DNA of 62,847 nt, filler included, from 4 parts of 4 records of this genome joined end to end with filler, not necessarily neighbours in it; one strand, 5' to 3'; shown: positions 47,138 to 57,384, numbered from the whole stretch's first letter. Numbers and translations: made by a program. The notes: generated by a model from the sequence alone, not told the origin.

Positions 47138-48493
47138 TTAACGCATGGTCACGAACTCTTCAGAGCCAGTCGGGTGAATAGCCACAACAGAATCGAAGTC
47201 TGCTTTGGTTGCGCCCATCTTCATCGCAACGGCAAAACCTTGAATCATTTCATCGACTGTAAAACCAATGCCGTGTAGACCAACCACGGTCTCTTCTTCA
47301 CCAGCACAAACCAGCTTCATTTTACAAGGCTGACGGTGTTTGGTTACTGCTGTGTACATTGCCGTGAAACCTGAAGTGTAAACCTTCACGTTATCTTCAC
47401 CGTATTTTGCTTTCGCTTCTGGTTCAGATAAGCCAATCGTACCGATTGGTGGGTGGCTGAACACAACAGTCGGAACTAAATCGTAGTCCATTTTCGCGTT
47501 TGTTTTACCGTTGAACAGACGCTCAGAAAGCTGACGACCAGCTTTTACTGCCACAGGAGTCAACTCAATACCGCCTTCCATGATGTCACCCACACAGTAG
47601 ATGCCATCTACGTTTGTGTTCTGGTATTCATCGACTTTGATGTAACCTTGTTCGTTAGTCGCAACGCCCGTTGCTGCAAGGTTGATAGCATCTGTCGTCG
47701 GGTGACGACCGATAGCCCAGATTAGAGTATCAACGTTCTGGCTTTCACCGTTTTCCAGGTGAAGTGTCAGGCTGCCATCGGCTTCCTTAACCACTTCTTT
47801 TGGTACGCTGTGCGTATGCAGAGTTGGGCCTTCAGTGTTCATCACTTCTACTAATGTTTCGATAATCATTGGGTCGAAGCTACGAAGCGGTGATTCTTTA
47901 CGGCAGAACAGGTGAGTTTCTGTTCCTAGTGCGTGAAGTACACCCGCGATTTCAACCGCAATGTAACCTGCACCGATAACCGCAACACGTTTTGGTTGTT
48001 CAGCCAGATCAAAGAAGCCGTTTGAATCGATACCGTATTCAGCGCCTGGAATATTCGGGATAGTAGGGCGGCCACCAACAGCGATCAGAATGTTGTCTGC
48101 TGTGTAGTGCTCACCGTTTACTTCAACGGTTTTGGCATCGATGAACTTAGCGAAACCACGGATCACGTCAACTTTGTTATTACCCAGAACGCGGTCGTAA
48201 GATTGGTGAATACGGCCAATGTATGCCTGACGGCTTTCAACCATTTTCGCCCAGTCAAAGCTTTTCACATCTACATCGAAGCCATAGTCTTCTGCGTAAA
48301 GATTCATTGCTTCCGCAACTTGCGCACCGTGCCACATTACTTTTTTAGGTACACAACCAACGTTTACACAAGTACCGCCAAGATCTTTCGCTTCAATTAG
48401 CGCGACTTTTGCGCCGTACATCGCTGCACGGTTTGCTGAAGCGATACCACCGCTACCACCACCGATACAAATATAATCAAAATGCGTTGCCAT
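47138..48493 (-). CDS. gor: Glutathione reductase
   Basis: [17 protein letters not shown] redox disulfide, GAGYIA and HPTGSEE motifs. Confidence 0.97.
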   Translation of the reverse strand: MATHFDYICIGGGSGGIASANRAAMYGAKVALIEAKDLGGTCVNVGCVPKKVMWHGAQVAEAMNLYAEDYGFDVDVKSFDWAKMVESRQAYIGRIHQSYDRVLGNNKVDVIRGFAKFIDAKTVEVNGEHYTADNILIAVGGRPTIPNIPGAEYGIDSNGFFDLAEQPKRVAVIGAGYIAVEIAGVLHALGTETHLFCRKESPLRSFDPMIIETLVEVMNTEGPTLHTHSVPKEVVKEADGSLTLHLENGESQNVDTLIWAIGRHPTTDAINLAATGVATNEQGYIKVDEYQNTNVDGIYCVGDIMEGGIELTPVAVKAGRQLSERLFNGKTNAKMDYDLVPTVVFSHPPIGTIGLSEPEAKAKYGEDNVKVYTSGFTAMYTAVTKHRQPCKMKLVCAGEEETVVGLHGIGFTVDEMIQGFAVAMKMGATKADFDSVVAIHPTGSEEFVTMR

Positions 48494-48643
48494 TACTTTC
48501 TCCATCTTTTTATTCGGTTGCCCGCTATTCGTTAGGGACAGAATGAGCTAATTATTAAAATAAGTTGGGGTAGATTTTCTAATCACAATCTACGATACGG
48601 AAAAACTTGAGCGATGTCTTTCCGCTACAGTCTTTGAATAAAG

Positions 48644-49483
48644 TTATTCAGGTACAATCCATTCCACTTTGTGGTGACCAGTCGCAGGTGCGATGGCTTG
48701 CTGCAAAAATGGAAGTATCTCTTTCATTTGGCTTTCTAATTTCCACGGAGGGTTGATCACTATCATGCCAGAAGCCGTCATGCCGCGCTCATTCGTATCT
48801 GGCGCTACGCCAAGTTCAATTTGTAAGATTTTATTGATTCCGAGGCTTTCCAAGCCTTCAATCATGTCTTCAATATCGCAGCGATTGACCACCGGATACC
48901 AAATGGCGTAAATACCCGTTGCCCAGCGTTTGTAGCTTTGTGAAATTGCGTTCACCACATCGCGATACTCTTTTGCCAATTCATAAGGCGGGTCGATAAG
49001 CACCAAACCACGTCGCTCTTTGGGTGGCAGGCTTGCCTTTAAACGCTGAAATCCATCTTCTTTATAAATAGATACCTGACGGTCACGGTGAAACTCTTGC
49101 TCCAGCAGTGGGTAATCACTTGGGTGCAGCTCAGTCAGTACCATACGGTCTTGCGGGCGAATATGTGCACGAGCAACACGAGGAGAGCCAGGGTAGTAGC
49201 GCAGCTCTTCACCTTGGTTAAGCGTTTTGATTGATTCAAGGTAGCTTTGGATCTCTTCAGGTACATTATCCTGTTGCCAGATGCGTGCGATACCTTGTTT
49301 GTATTCTCCGGTTTTTTCTGACCATTCATGAGTTAAATCGTAACGACCAACTCCAGAGTGGGTATCGTGATAAACAAAGGGTTTATCTTTTTGCTGCAAA
49401 GCGTTGAGGATTAAGCTTTGTACGATGTGTTTCACTACATCTGCGTGGTTTCCTGCATGGAAACTGTGTCGATAACTTAACAA
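48644..49483 (-). CDS. rlmJ: 23S rRNA m6A2030 methyltransferase
   Basis: LSYRHSFHAGNHADV, YPGSP and IDPPYE motifs; TTG start; conserved gor-rlmJ-prlC synteny. Confidence 0.95.
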   Translation of the reverse strand: MLSYRHSFHAGNHADVVKHIVQSLILNALQQKDKPFVYHDTHSGVGRYDLTHEWSEKTGEYKQGIARIWQQDNVPEEIQSYLESIKTLNQGEELRYYPGSPRVARAHIRPQDRMVLTELHPSDYPLLEQEFHRDRQVSIYKEDGFQRLKASLPPKERRGLVLIDPPYELAKEYRDVVNAISQSYKRWATGIYAIWYPVVNRCDIEDMIEGLESLGINKILQIELGVAPDTNERGMTASGMIVINPPWKLESQMKEILPFLQQAIAPATGHHKVEWIVPE

Positions 49484-49576
49484 ATGTCGCTCTCTAATCT
49501 GTTTATCAATAACTAAAATCAATTGAAGCAATTATACACTAAGACACATTTCGAATCGTATTGCATTCACTTCACT

Positions 49577-49604
49577 CTTGAAAATTTCTATTCCCACCTA
49601 TATT
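49577..49604 (+). promoter_or_regulatory. Sigma-32 (RpoH) promoter of prlC
   Basis: CTTGAA-14 nt-CCTATAT resembles CTTGAA-N13-17-CCCCAT; prlC is a heat-shock gene in enterobacteria. Confidence 0.6.
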
Positions 49605-49663
49605 TATTAATAAATAGTTAGAGATGTGAATTCTCTTAATTTCCCCATAAAAAGGAACGTTTT

Positions 49664-51706
49664 ATGTCTAATCCACTTCTTAGCTTTACGGATTTGCCTC
49701 CGTTTTCAGAGATTAAGCCGGAGCATGTAAAGCCTGCAGTTGAACAAGCGATTGAAGATTGTCGTAACAAGATTGAACAAGTCCTTGAAGGCAATACCGA
49801 GCCAACTTGGGAAAGCATTATTGCACCGATTGAAGAAGTGGATGACCGCTTGAGTCGTTTATGGTCACCGGTAAGCCATATGAACTCTGTTGTGAACAGC
49901 GACGAGTTGCGTGAAGCGTATGAAAGTTGCCTGCCTCTATTGTCGGAATACGGTACTTGGGTCGGTCAGCACAAAGGTCTGTTTGAAGCTTACAAATCAA
50001 TCAAGAGCAGCAAAGCATTTGAAAAACTGACTCAGGCGCAGAAGAAAACTATTAAAGATGCACTGCGTGACTTCGAATTGTCAGGCATTGGTCTGCCTAA
50101 AGATGAGCAAAAGCGCTATGGCGATATCAGCAAGCGTATGTCTGAGCTAGGTTCGAAGTTCTCGAACAATGTTCTGGATGCAACCATGGGTTGGACTAAG
50201 CACGTATCTGATAAAAGCGAGCTAGCAGGTATGCCTGAATCGGCTTTAGCGGCAGCAGAGGCAGCAGCACAAGCGAAAGGTTTGGAAGGCTACCTACTGA
50301 CTCTGGATATCCCATCTTACCTGCCAGTAATGACTTACTGTGATAACCAGGAACTGCGTAAAGAACTGTACGAAGCTTATGTGACTCGCGCTTCGGATCG
50401 TGGTCCAAACGCAGGTAAATGGGACAATACAGAAAACATCGCGGAGATGTTGAAGCTGCGTTATGAAGTCGCACGTATGCTGGGCTTCAATACTTATAGT
50501 GAAAAGTCTCTTGCAACTAAAATGGCAGAAAGTCCGGCTCAAGTACTCGAGTTTCTGAACAATTTAGCCAGCAAAGTTAAACCACAAGGTGAGCGTGAAG
50601 TTCAGGAATTACGTGAGTTTGCTGAAAAAGAGTTTGGCGTAACTTCATTTGAGCTATGGGATATCGCTTATTACAGCGAAAAACAGAAGCAGAAATTGTT
50701 TGAAATCTCTGACGAACAGTTACGCCCTTACTTCCCTGAAAGCAAAGTGGTTTCAGGTCTGTTTGAAGTACTAAACCGCGTGTTTGGTATGAAAGTACAG
50801 GAGCGTCAAGGTGTAGATACCTGGCATGAGTCAGTGAAATTCTTCGATATTTTCGACAGCAATGATGTGCTTCGTGGCAGCTTCTATCTTGATTTGTACG
50901 CGCGTGAACATAAGCGTGGCGGTGCATGGATGGATGAGTGCCGAGTTCGTCGAATCAATGCTCAGGGCGAACTACAAACGCCAGTTGCTTACCTGACGTG
51001 TAACTTCAATCGCCCGGTCGGTGATAAGCCTGCACTGTTTACGCATGACGAAGTGGTGACTCTGTTCCATGAAACCGGCCACGGTATTCACCATATGCTA
51101 ACGCAGGTGGATGTAAGCTCGGTTTCTGGTATCAACGGTGTGCCTTGGGATGCGGTTGAACTGCCAAGTCAGTTCCTTGAGAACTGGTGTTGGGAAGAAG
51201 AAGCACTGTCGTTCATTTCTGGTCATTACGAAACAGGAGAACCGCTACCGAAAGAGATGCTGGATAAAATGCTGGCAGCGAAAAACTTCCAGTCTGCGAT
51301 GTTCATTCTTCGTCAGTTAGAATTTGGATTATTCGACTTCACGCTTCATACCACTTATGACCCTGAAGAAGGTCCTAAGGTGCTGGAAACATTAGCGGAA
51401 GTGAAGAAGAAAGTGGCGGTATTGCCAAGCCTTGAATGGAACCGTTTCTCACACAGCTTCAGCCATATCTTTGCTGGTGGTTACAGTGCAGGTTACTACA
51501 GCTATCTGTGGGCAGAAGTGCTATCGGCCGATGCTTATTCACGTTTCGAAGAAGAAGGTATTTTTAATACCGAAACGGGTCAAAGCTTCCTGAACAACAT
51601 TCTGGAAATGGGTGGCAGTGAAGAGCCTATGGAATTGTTCAAGCGCTTCCGTGGTCGTGAGCCTCAGATTGACGCACTACTGCGTCACTCAGGGATTACA
51701 GCTTAA
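49664..51706 (+). CDS. prlC: Oligopeptidase A (M3 family)
   Basis: MSNPLL, KRGGAWM, HETGH zinc motif, ELPSQ and HIFAGGYSAGYYSY motifs. Confidence 0.97.
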   Translation: MSNPLLSFTDLPPFSEIKPEHVKPAVEQAIEDCRNKIEQVLEGNTEPTWESIIAPIEEVDDRLSRLWSPVSHMNSVVNSDELREAYESCLPLLSEYGTWVGQHKGLFEAYKSIKSSKAFEKLTQAQKKTIKDALRDFELSGIGLPKDEQKRYGDISKRMSELGSKFSNNVLDATMGWTKHVSDKSELAGMPESALAAAEAAAQAKGLEGYLLTLDIPSYLPVMTYCDNQELRKELYEAYVTRASDRGPNAGKWDNTENIAEMLKLRYEVARMLGFNTYSEKSLATKMAESPAQVLEFLNNLASKVKPQGEREVQELREFAEKEFGVTSFELWDIAYYSEKQKQKLFEISDEQLRPYFPESKVVSGLFEVLNRVFGMKVQERQGVDTWHESVKFFDIFDSNDVLRGSFYLDLYAREHKRGGAWMDECRVRRINAQGELQTPVAYLTCNFNRPVGDKPALFTHDEVVTLFHETGHGIHHMLTQVDVSSVSGINGVPWDAVELPSQFLENWCWEEEALSFISGHYETGEPLPKEMLDKMLAAKNFQSAMFILRQLEFGLFDFTLHTTYDPEEGPKVLETLAEVKKKVAVLPSLEWNRFSHSFSHIFAGGYSAGYYSYLWAEVLSADAYSRFEEEGIFNTETGQSFLNNILEMGGSEEPMELFKRFRGREPQIDALLRHSGITA

Positions 51707-51729
51707 TCACATTTTAGTCAAAAACTAAC

Positions 51730-51759
51730 ATAACCCCGCTTTATCAGGCGGGGTTATTT
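51730..51759 (+). terminator. Terminator after prlC
   Basis: ATAACCCCGC..GCGGGGTTATTT hairpin. Confidence 0.8.
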
Positions 51760-51790
51760 GTTAGAGTGGTTATAAATTAAGGAGATAATA

Positions 51791-52000
51791 ATGAAGCGCT
51801 GGTATCAATTGAGTTTTCCTTTATTCACCACATTACTATTGCTGGGGTGCGCTGAACTTAAGCAGGCGGGTAAAGAAGTTGGTCACGCGACGCGAGATGC
51901 GACTACAGCAATCGGTCATGCAACTCGCGATACCACCAAGGCCATTGGTCATGCTTCACGTGATGCAGTGACCAGTGTTCATGACGAGCTGTCACAATAA
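51791..52000 (+). CDS. Small lipoprotein with 11-aa GHA(T/S)RD repeats
   Basis: AAGGAG RBS; lipobox LLGC; three tandem 33-bp repeat units starting at 51881. Confidence 0.75.
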   Translation: MKRWYQLSFPLFTTLLLLGCAELKQAGKEVGHATRDATTAIGHATRDTTKAIGHASRDAVTSVHDELSQ

Positions 52001-52435
52001 GGTTTTGCGACGAATCCATTGATCGATGGATAACGCACCCGATCCCCACATGATTATGGTTAACATCATCATTCCCCATAGTTGATGATCATAAAATCCT
52101 CTTTCCCACAGCAATGGGTATGAGATGACCGCGATAGTATTTACCGCAAAAAGTGCGATAGCACTGAATCGACCAAACAACCCTAAAACAAGAAAAACCG
52201 GAATGACGAGTTCCGCCGTCGTCGCGAGATAAGCGGCTATTTTCCAAGAGATAAAAGGTACTTGGTACTCCAGTTCAAATAAGAAAAGGGTGCTGTTCCA
52301 TGTGGTTATCTTCGTCAGTCCTGAATTAAAAAATACCCAACTTACCCAGATGCGGAAGATCAGCAAAACGACGGGAGCAAGCAGAGATTCAAACCATTCA
52401 ATAGATTGGTTGAGGCGATCAATGGCGGATATCAT
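51992..52435 (-). CDS. DoxX-family membrane protein (bufferin BufD-like)
   Basis: R.....VFF.SG..K, AEL..P..L.LGL..R and G.G.LSID motifs. Confidence 0.88.
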   Translation of the reverse strand: MISAIDRLNQSIEWFESLLAPVVLLIFRIWVSWVFFNSGLTKITTWNSTLFLFELEYQVPFISWKIAAYLATTAELVIPVFLVLGLFGRFSAIALFAVNTIAVISYPLLWERGFYDHQLWGMMMLTIIMWGSGALSIDQWIRRKTLL

Positions 52436-52445
52436 ACAAAGACTC

Positions 52446-53219
52446 CTAGTTAGGGGTTACTAATGAGAAACCGGCAACGATATTGAGCGAGAGTAGTGAC
52501 GGCAATCCGGTCAGTGTTTCTTGGGGAATATTCCCTAGTGGTGTTTTGCTGTAGAGATTTGTCAGCAGTTGGAATTCTTCGTGTTGTAACTCTTTCGCCC
52601 AAGTCTGACCATTTTCATTACAAGCGATGACTCCTGATTGTGGTTGGTTCAGGGGGACGTTATCGAAGTTTTGTACGCTAAACGCTCTTTGCAAAGCAAA
52701 TAAACCGAAAGCGGTTGTAAATGGAAAGACCCAAGGAGCAAGGTGAAGAATCACACTAGAATGCTGTTGCTCAGAAAGGGAGTGGATGGTTTCCAGTGGC
52801 AGCAATGATGACGATGACTGTTCTTTGCTTTGTCCAAATGTTTGTTGAGCTTTATCTAGTGTCCATTCAAAACGCGCTAAATCACTGGCGTATGGAGCGG
52901 CAGTCGTGACTTGTGGAAAGTGGCTGATGACATCATCAAAGTGGTTTCCATATCGACTGACATCACCTTCGCTCAAAGGATGGGAAAGAATGTAATAGCG
53001 AGCGATGGCATCAAAGCACTCTTCACCTAACACCGCAAGTAGCATCGGGTAAGTTGCTTGCAGAGCTTCCGTCAAACTCATCACGAAGTTATTGCGATAA
53101 ATTTGCAGCCGTTCGGTTGCACTGAATTTGTCGCTAGTGATGTCACAATCGTCCGCTTCTGTCTGGTATTTCAGACTCTGAGCAAAGTTTTGTTGTAGCT
53201 GTGCCAGTGAAAGCGTCAT
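52446..53219 (-). CDS. DUF2063-family MNIO partner protein (BufC-like)
   Basis: LAQLQQNF, RLQIYRNN, L..TYP, YG..F and DLARFEW motifs; 4-bp overlap with DUF692. Confidence 0.88.
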   Translation of the reverse strand: MTLSLAQLQQNFAQSLKYQTEADDCDITSDKFSATERLQIYRNNFVMSLTEALQATYPMLLAVLGEECFDAIARYYILSHPLSEGDVSRYGNHFDDVISHFPQVTTAAPYASDLARFEWTLDKAQQTFGQSKEQSSSSLLPLETIHSLSEQQHSSVILHLAPWVFPFTTAFGLFALQRAFSVQNFDNVPLNQPQSGVIACNENGQTWAKELQHEEFQLLTNLYSKTPLGNIPQETLTGLPSLLSLNIVAGFSLVTPN

Positions 53220-54061
53220 GAAGCCTTCCTTTCTATATTGCTCAATTCAAACAGAACATCACTGGCCTTGGTTGCTTCAGCGAGAAGAACGTCAACTTCC
53301 GGTATATCTAAATCCCATTCGATTAAGGTTCTACGGCTGCCATTAACTTCACACCAGTGTTGGTAGAGGCTCCAAACTTCTTCTGTGACTGGGCAACTGT
53401 GTGTATCAATCCAGATCTCTCCTTGTGGGAGTTTTTTTACGGTAAAACCAGCAAGATGAATCTCTTCAACTGCATCAGCGGGAATAGCATCGATATAAAC
53501 CTGACTGCTAAAGCCATGGTTGAATGCTGAAACGTGAATATTGTTTAAATCGAGCAGAAGCTTGCACTCTGTGCGCTGCTGAACTTCAGCAAGAAACTCC
53601 CACTCATGGATTGTTGAGTGATTGAAACGTAAATAACTGGAAGGGTTTTCAACCAAGATTGGGTGCTTCAAGTAATCTTGCACCGTAAGAACGTTATTGC
53701 AAAAAATCTTTAGCGCTTCTTCGGTGTAAGGCAGCGGCAACAGGTCATTAAAGTAGTGCCCGCCATTTTCACTCCAGCTAAGGTGGTCAGAAACGAATAA
53801 TGGCTGAAGTTCATCAATCAGTACTTTTAGTTGCTTTAAGTGCTTTGTACTAACGCCTTGCGCAGACCCCAGAGATAAACCAATACCGTGGCAGCTGATG
53901 TCGTCATTTTCTCGTATTGTTCGCAATTGGTTACGCGATTGAGAGTAGGGCGCGAAGTAATTTTCGCTGTGTATCTCAAGCCAACTGACTTGTGCCGGAT
54001 TTTGTGAAAAAAAACCGAGGTGTGGGGCGCGCAATCCAATACCAATGTCAGGATGAAGCAT
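53216..54061 (-). CDS. DUF692 multinuclear non-heme iron oxidase (MNIO, BufB-like)
   Basis: GIGLR, EIHSENY, HGIGLSLG, SDHLSW, ENPS, LLDLNN, EIHLAG, IDTH and IEWD motifs. Confidence 0.95.
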   Translation of the reverse strand: MLHPDIGIGLRAPHLGFFSQNPAQVSWLEIHSENYFAPYSQSRNQLRTIRENDDISCHGIGLSLGSAQGVSTKHLKQLKVLIDELQPLFVSDHLSWSENGGHYFNDLLPLPYTEEALKIFCNNVLTVQDYLKHPILVENPSSYLRFNHSTIHEWEFLAEVQQRTECKLLLDLNNIHVSAFNHGFSSQVYIDAIPADAVEEIHLAGFTVKKLPQGEIWIDTHSCPVTEEVWSLYQHWCEVNGSRRTLIEWDLDIPEVDVLLAEATKASDVLFELSNIERKAS

Positions 54062-54129
54062 AAACGAATGTCCTTGTTAAAGGGAAACGGTGCGCTGGTT
54101 GAGGAGCAGCGCACCGACAAATATCGGCA

Positions 54130-54390
54130 TTAAGAAGGCATGGTGCTGCCGCCAGAAAGTTTGCCGCACAATCCTTTCGGTACAACGACGAAGGCATCTT
54201 TCTGATTGTCTTTTTTCGATGTTCCCGCACAAGAGCTCATTTTTGTTGCACAGTCGTTTTGTCCTGCTTTAGCGACGCCATAACACTTCTCTTGTTCCGC
54301 TGCGACGGCTGAAGTTGCAGTTAACATTGAGCCACCAACGGCTAACAGGCTGGTTACTGCCGCAGTAACGGCTAGGTTTGATTTTTTCAT
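54130..54390 (-). CDS. DUF2282/BufA1-type bufferin precursor peptide
   Basis: Sec signal (AVA-AE); [14 protein letters not shown]...SCAG...VPKGLCGKL with four Cys. Confidence 0.9.
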   Translation of the reverse strand: MKKSNLAVTAAVTSLLAVGGSMLTATSAVAAEQEKCYGVAKAGQNDCATKMSSCAGTSKKDNQKDAFVVVPKGLCGKLSGGSTMPS

Positions 54391-54673
54391 TTTCACTTCC
54401 TCATGAATGGTCCTTTATATAAATTCACAAGTTAACAATTTGTTAATTGCTAGCCTGCTTATTGGAAAAGATAGGGACGGAACCGAAAAACTTTCACAAA
54501 ATAGAATAAAAAATCACCATGAATTGGAAGGTTAGCCAGTAAATGAATGAAATTTAAGCAAATAAATGAGTAAAAATTATTCAATAAATTTTGGCGTTAT
54601 TTGGAATTACGATGAAGAAATTCTATTCATCGCGAGCATTATAGGGCGGTTTATGGTTATAATCGTCGCTATT

Positions 54674-54689
54674 ATGTATAAATAACCAG
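54674..54689 (+). promoter_or_regulatory. Imperfect LexA (SOS) box upstream of uvrD
   Basis: ATGTATAAATAACCAG compared with CTGT-N8-ACAG; lies just downstream of TATAAT at 54658-54663. Confidence 0.5.
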
Positions 54690-54699
54690 TAGCTAAGCC

Positions 54700-56874
54700 A
54701 TGATGGATCCTTCTCTTTTACTCGACGGTCTGAACGACAAACAACGTGAAGCAGTTGCCGCACCACTAGAAAACTTATTAGTGTTGGCGGGTGCGGGAAG
54801 TGGTAAAACACGAGTGCTCGTACACCGAATCGCGTGGTTGTTATCTGTTGAGCAAGCATCACCGTTCTCAATTATGTCGGTAACCTTTACCAACAAAGCG
54901 GCAGCAGAAATGCGTGGCCGTATTGAAGAGCTGATGATGGGCAGTGCTTCTGGTATGTGGAATGGTACTTTCCACGGTATTTGTCACCGTATTCTGCGCG
55001 CGCATTATCTGGACGCTAAGCTGCAAGAAGATTTCCAAATCATTGACTCTGAAGATCAGATACGTCTTCTGCGACGCTTGATTAAAGCGCAAAACCTCGA
55101 TGACAAGCAGTGGCCAGCGAAGCAAGTTTCCTGGTGGATTAACGGCAAGAAAGATGAAGGTCTACGTCCTGCACATATCGATGCGTATCACGATCCAGTG
55201 ACACAAACTTATGTGCAAATTTATACCGCTTATCAGGATGCATGTGATCGCGCTGGTTTGGTCGACTTTGCTGAGATCTTGCTGCGAACGTTAGAGTTAT
55301 TACGCGATAACAAGCACATTCGTGAACATTATCAGGCTCGCTTTAAGCACATTCTGGTCGACGAATTTCAGGATACCAATAACATTCAATACGCATGGCT
55401 CCGTTTGATGACCGGCAAAGACGCCAATGTCATGATCGTGGGTGATGATGATCAGTCTATCTACGGCTGGCGTGGCGCAAAAATTGAGAATATAGAGAAA
55501 TTTACCCTTGAGTTCCCAAGTGTAAAAACTATCCGTCTGGAGCAAAACTACCGCTCAACCAAAACGATTCTGGAAGCTTCAAACACGCTTATCGCGAATA
55601 ACAGCGAGCGTATGGGCAAAGAGCTTTGGACCGACGGTGCCGACGGTGAACCGATTTCTGTTTACTCCGCTTACAACGAGTTGGATGAAGCCCGTTTTGT
55701 GGTTGGAAAAATCAAAGCTTGGCATGAAGACGGTGGCTCGCTGGAAGATAGCGCCATTTTGTACCGTAACAACGCCCAGTCACGTGTTTTGGAAGAAGCG
55801 TTAATTCAGGCTGGCTTAGCGTACCGAATCTATGGTGGCATGCGATTCTTCGAACGTCAGGAAATCAAAGATGCGCTGAGCTATCTGCGATTGATGGCGA
55901 ATCGTAATGATGATTCAGCATTTGAGCGTGTGGTAAACACTCCGACTCGTGGCCTTGGCGACAAAACGCTGGATACTATTCGTTTCGCCGCTCGTGACCG
56001 TGGTTGCACCTTGTGGGATGCGAGTGTGGTTTTATTGGAAGAAAAAGTACTTCCTGGCCGAGCTTCTTCGGCTTTGAGTCGTTTTGTCGAACTGATTAAC
56101 GCTTTGGAAGATGACAGTGCAGAGTTGAGCCTGCATGAACAAACGGATCATGTGATTAAAAGCTCTGGTTTGTTTGAGATGTACCAGCAGGAGAAAGGTG
56201 AGAAATCCAAGGCACGCATTGAAAACTTGGAAGAACTTGTCACTGCGACTCGACAGTTTGAAAAACCAGAAGAAGCTGAAGAGATGACGCTGCTCACCGC
56301 ATTCTTAACTCATGCAGCTTTGGAGTCTGGTGAAGGTCAGGCGGACGAATTTGACGATGCGGTTCAGCTGATGACTTTACACAGTGCAAAAGGTCTGGAG
56401 TTCCCATTGGTGTTTATGGTGGGTGTCGAAGAAGGTATGTTCCCAAGTCAGATGTCGGCAGAAGAAGCTGGACGTTTGGAAGAAGAACGTCGCCTTTGCT
56501 ATGTGGGTATGACGCGTGCAATGCAGAAGCTATACATCACATACGCTGAGATGCGCCGTTTGTACGGGCAGGATAAATACCACAAACCTTCACGTTTTAT
56601 TCGTGAACTGCCTGAGAAGTGTCTAGATGAAGTACGAATGAAAGCCCAGGTTAGCCGACCAGCGAGCAGTGGCCGCTTTAGCCAAACTGCGGTGAAAGAG
56701 AATTTCAATGAGACAGGCTTTACACTCGGTTCACGTGTTCGTCACCCGAAATTTGGTGAAGGTACCATTATTAACTTCGAGGGTAGTGGCCCGCAAAGCC
56801 GTGTGCAGGTTGCTTTTAATGGCGAAGGGATTAAATGGCTTGTGACTGCTTACGCGAAACTAGAGCGTATGTAG
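54700..56874 (+). CDS. uvrD: DNA helicase II
   Basis: AGAGSGKT, TFTNKAA, VDEFQD, GDDDQSIY, QNYRS, HSAKGLEF and EERRLCYVGMTRA motifs. Confidence 0.98.
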   Translation: MMDPSLLLDGLNDKQREAVAAPLENLLVLAGAGSGKTRVLVHRIAWLLSVEQASPFSIMSVTFTNKAAAEMRGRIEELMMGSASGMWNGTFHGICHRILRAHYLDAKLQEDFQIIDSEDQIRLLRRLIKAQNLDDKQWPAKQVSWWINGKKDEGLRPAHIDAYHDPVTQTYVQIYTAYQDACDRAGLVDFAEILLRTLELLRDNKHIREHYQARFKHILVDEFQDTNNIQYAWLRLMTGKDANVMIVGDDDQSIYGWRGAKIENIEKFTLEFPSVKTIRLEQNYRSTKTILEASNTLIANNSERMGKELWTDGADGEPISVYSAYNELDEARFVVGKIKAWHEDGGSLEDSAILYRNNAQSRVLEEALIQAGLAYRIYGGMRFFERQEIKDALSYLRLMANRNDDSAFERVVNTPTRGLGDKTLDTIRFAARDRGCTLWDASVVLLEEKVLPGRASSALSRFVELINALEDDSAELSLHEQTDHVIKSSGLFEMYQQEKGEKSKARIENLEELVTATRQFEKPEEAEEMTLLTAFLTHAALESGEGQADEFDDAVQLMTLHSAKGLEFPLVFMVGVEEGMFPSQMSAEEAGRLEEERRLCYVGMTRAMQKLYITYAEMRRLYGQDKYHKPSRFIRELPEKCLDEVRMKAQVSRPASSGRFSQTAVKENFNETGFTLGSRVRHPKFGEGTIINFEGSGPQSRVQVAFNGEGIKWLVTAYAKLERM

Positions 56875-56896
56875 CTCTAATTTTTCAATAACGATT

Positions 56897-56922
56897 AAAC
56901 CTAGCCGAGTGCTAGGTTTTTT
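56897..56922 (+). terminator. Terminator after uvrD
   Basis: AAACCTAGC-CGAGT-GCTAGGTTTTTT. Confidence 0.85.
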
Positions 56923-56969
56923 GTATCTGCGGATGATATCTGTCCACGACTAAAATGATTGGTTTATAG

Positions 56970-57384
56970 AAAAGAAAAACCCCGAGGGCGCGAGCCCTTC
57001 GGGGTTATAGTCTTACTTGCAGCAATCCGGCTACTAATAGGTGCTCCCTGCATCTATTCCTTGATAAGTGTGCTGTGTCCTTCAGCGCAATCCATTCATC
57101 GCCATCCTAGCGGTGTCCATGATCTTCCTGATCTGCTAACAATCCTCGTTAGCTCACATCACTTGTTCCTTGAGCGGTGTCCCTTACATCATCCTGATGC
57201 TTAGTCCATTCCTCATCCAGAGGTGTCCATTGCCATTCCCTTGTCGTTACCATCCTAGTAACGAATGAGTCCGTTCAATGTCCAGTTCGCTATCCGTGCC
57301 GATCATTCATCCTGAATAACCGAATCTTCATCCTGAAGATTACCGTCCTTAGCTTTTCCGTTCCGTGTCAGCATCCTACCGACG
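56970..57384 (-). ncRNA. CsrB/CsrC/CsrD-family CsrA-sequestering sRNA
   Basis: Minus strand has many GGA/AGGAUG/AUGGAC motifs in short hairpins (e.g. AATCTTCAGGATGAAGATT); -10 TAATAT at 57391-57396; strong terminator at about 56970-57006. Paralog identity cannot be assigned from sequence alone. Confidence 0.93.

Noticed and set aside
54391-54600. Search for an ECF-sigma promoter upstream of the bufferin precursor
   Set aside because: Only a loose candidate (TGTGAAAG...CCGTCCCTAT on the minus strand) was seen; too weak to call.
56959-57204. 81-aa plus-strand ORF
   Set aside because: Lies antisense to the Csr sRNA; its composition reflects the TCC repeats and it has no RBS.
57000-57380. Repetitive CATCC/GTGTCC units as a possible CRISPR array
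   Set aside because: Repeats are short and irregularly spaced, match CsrA-binding GGA motifs on the minus strand, and no cas genes are present.
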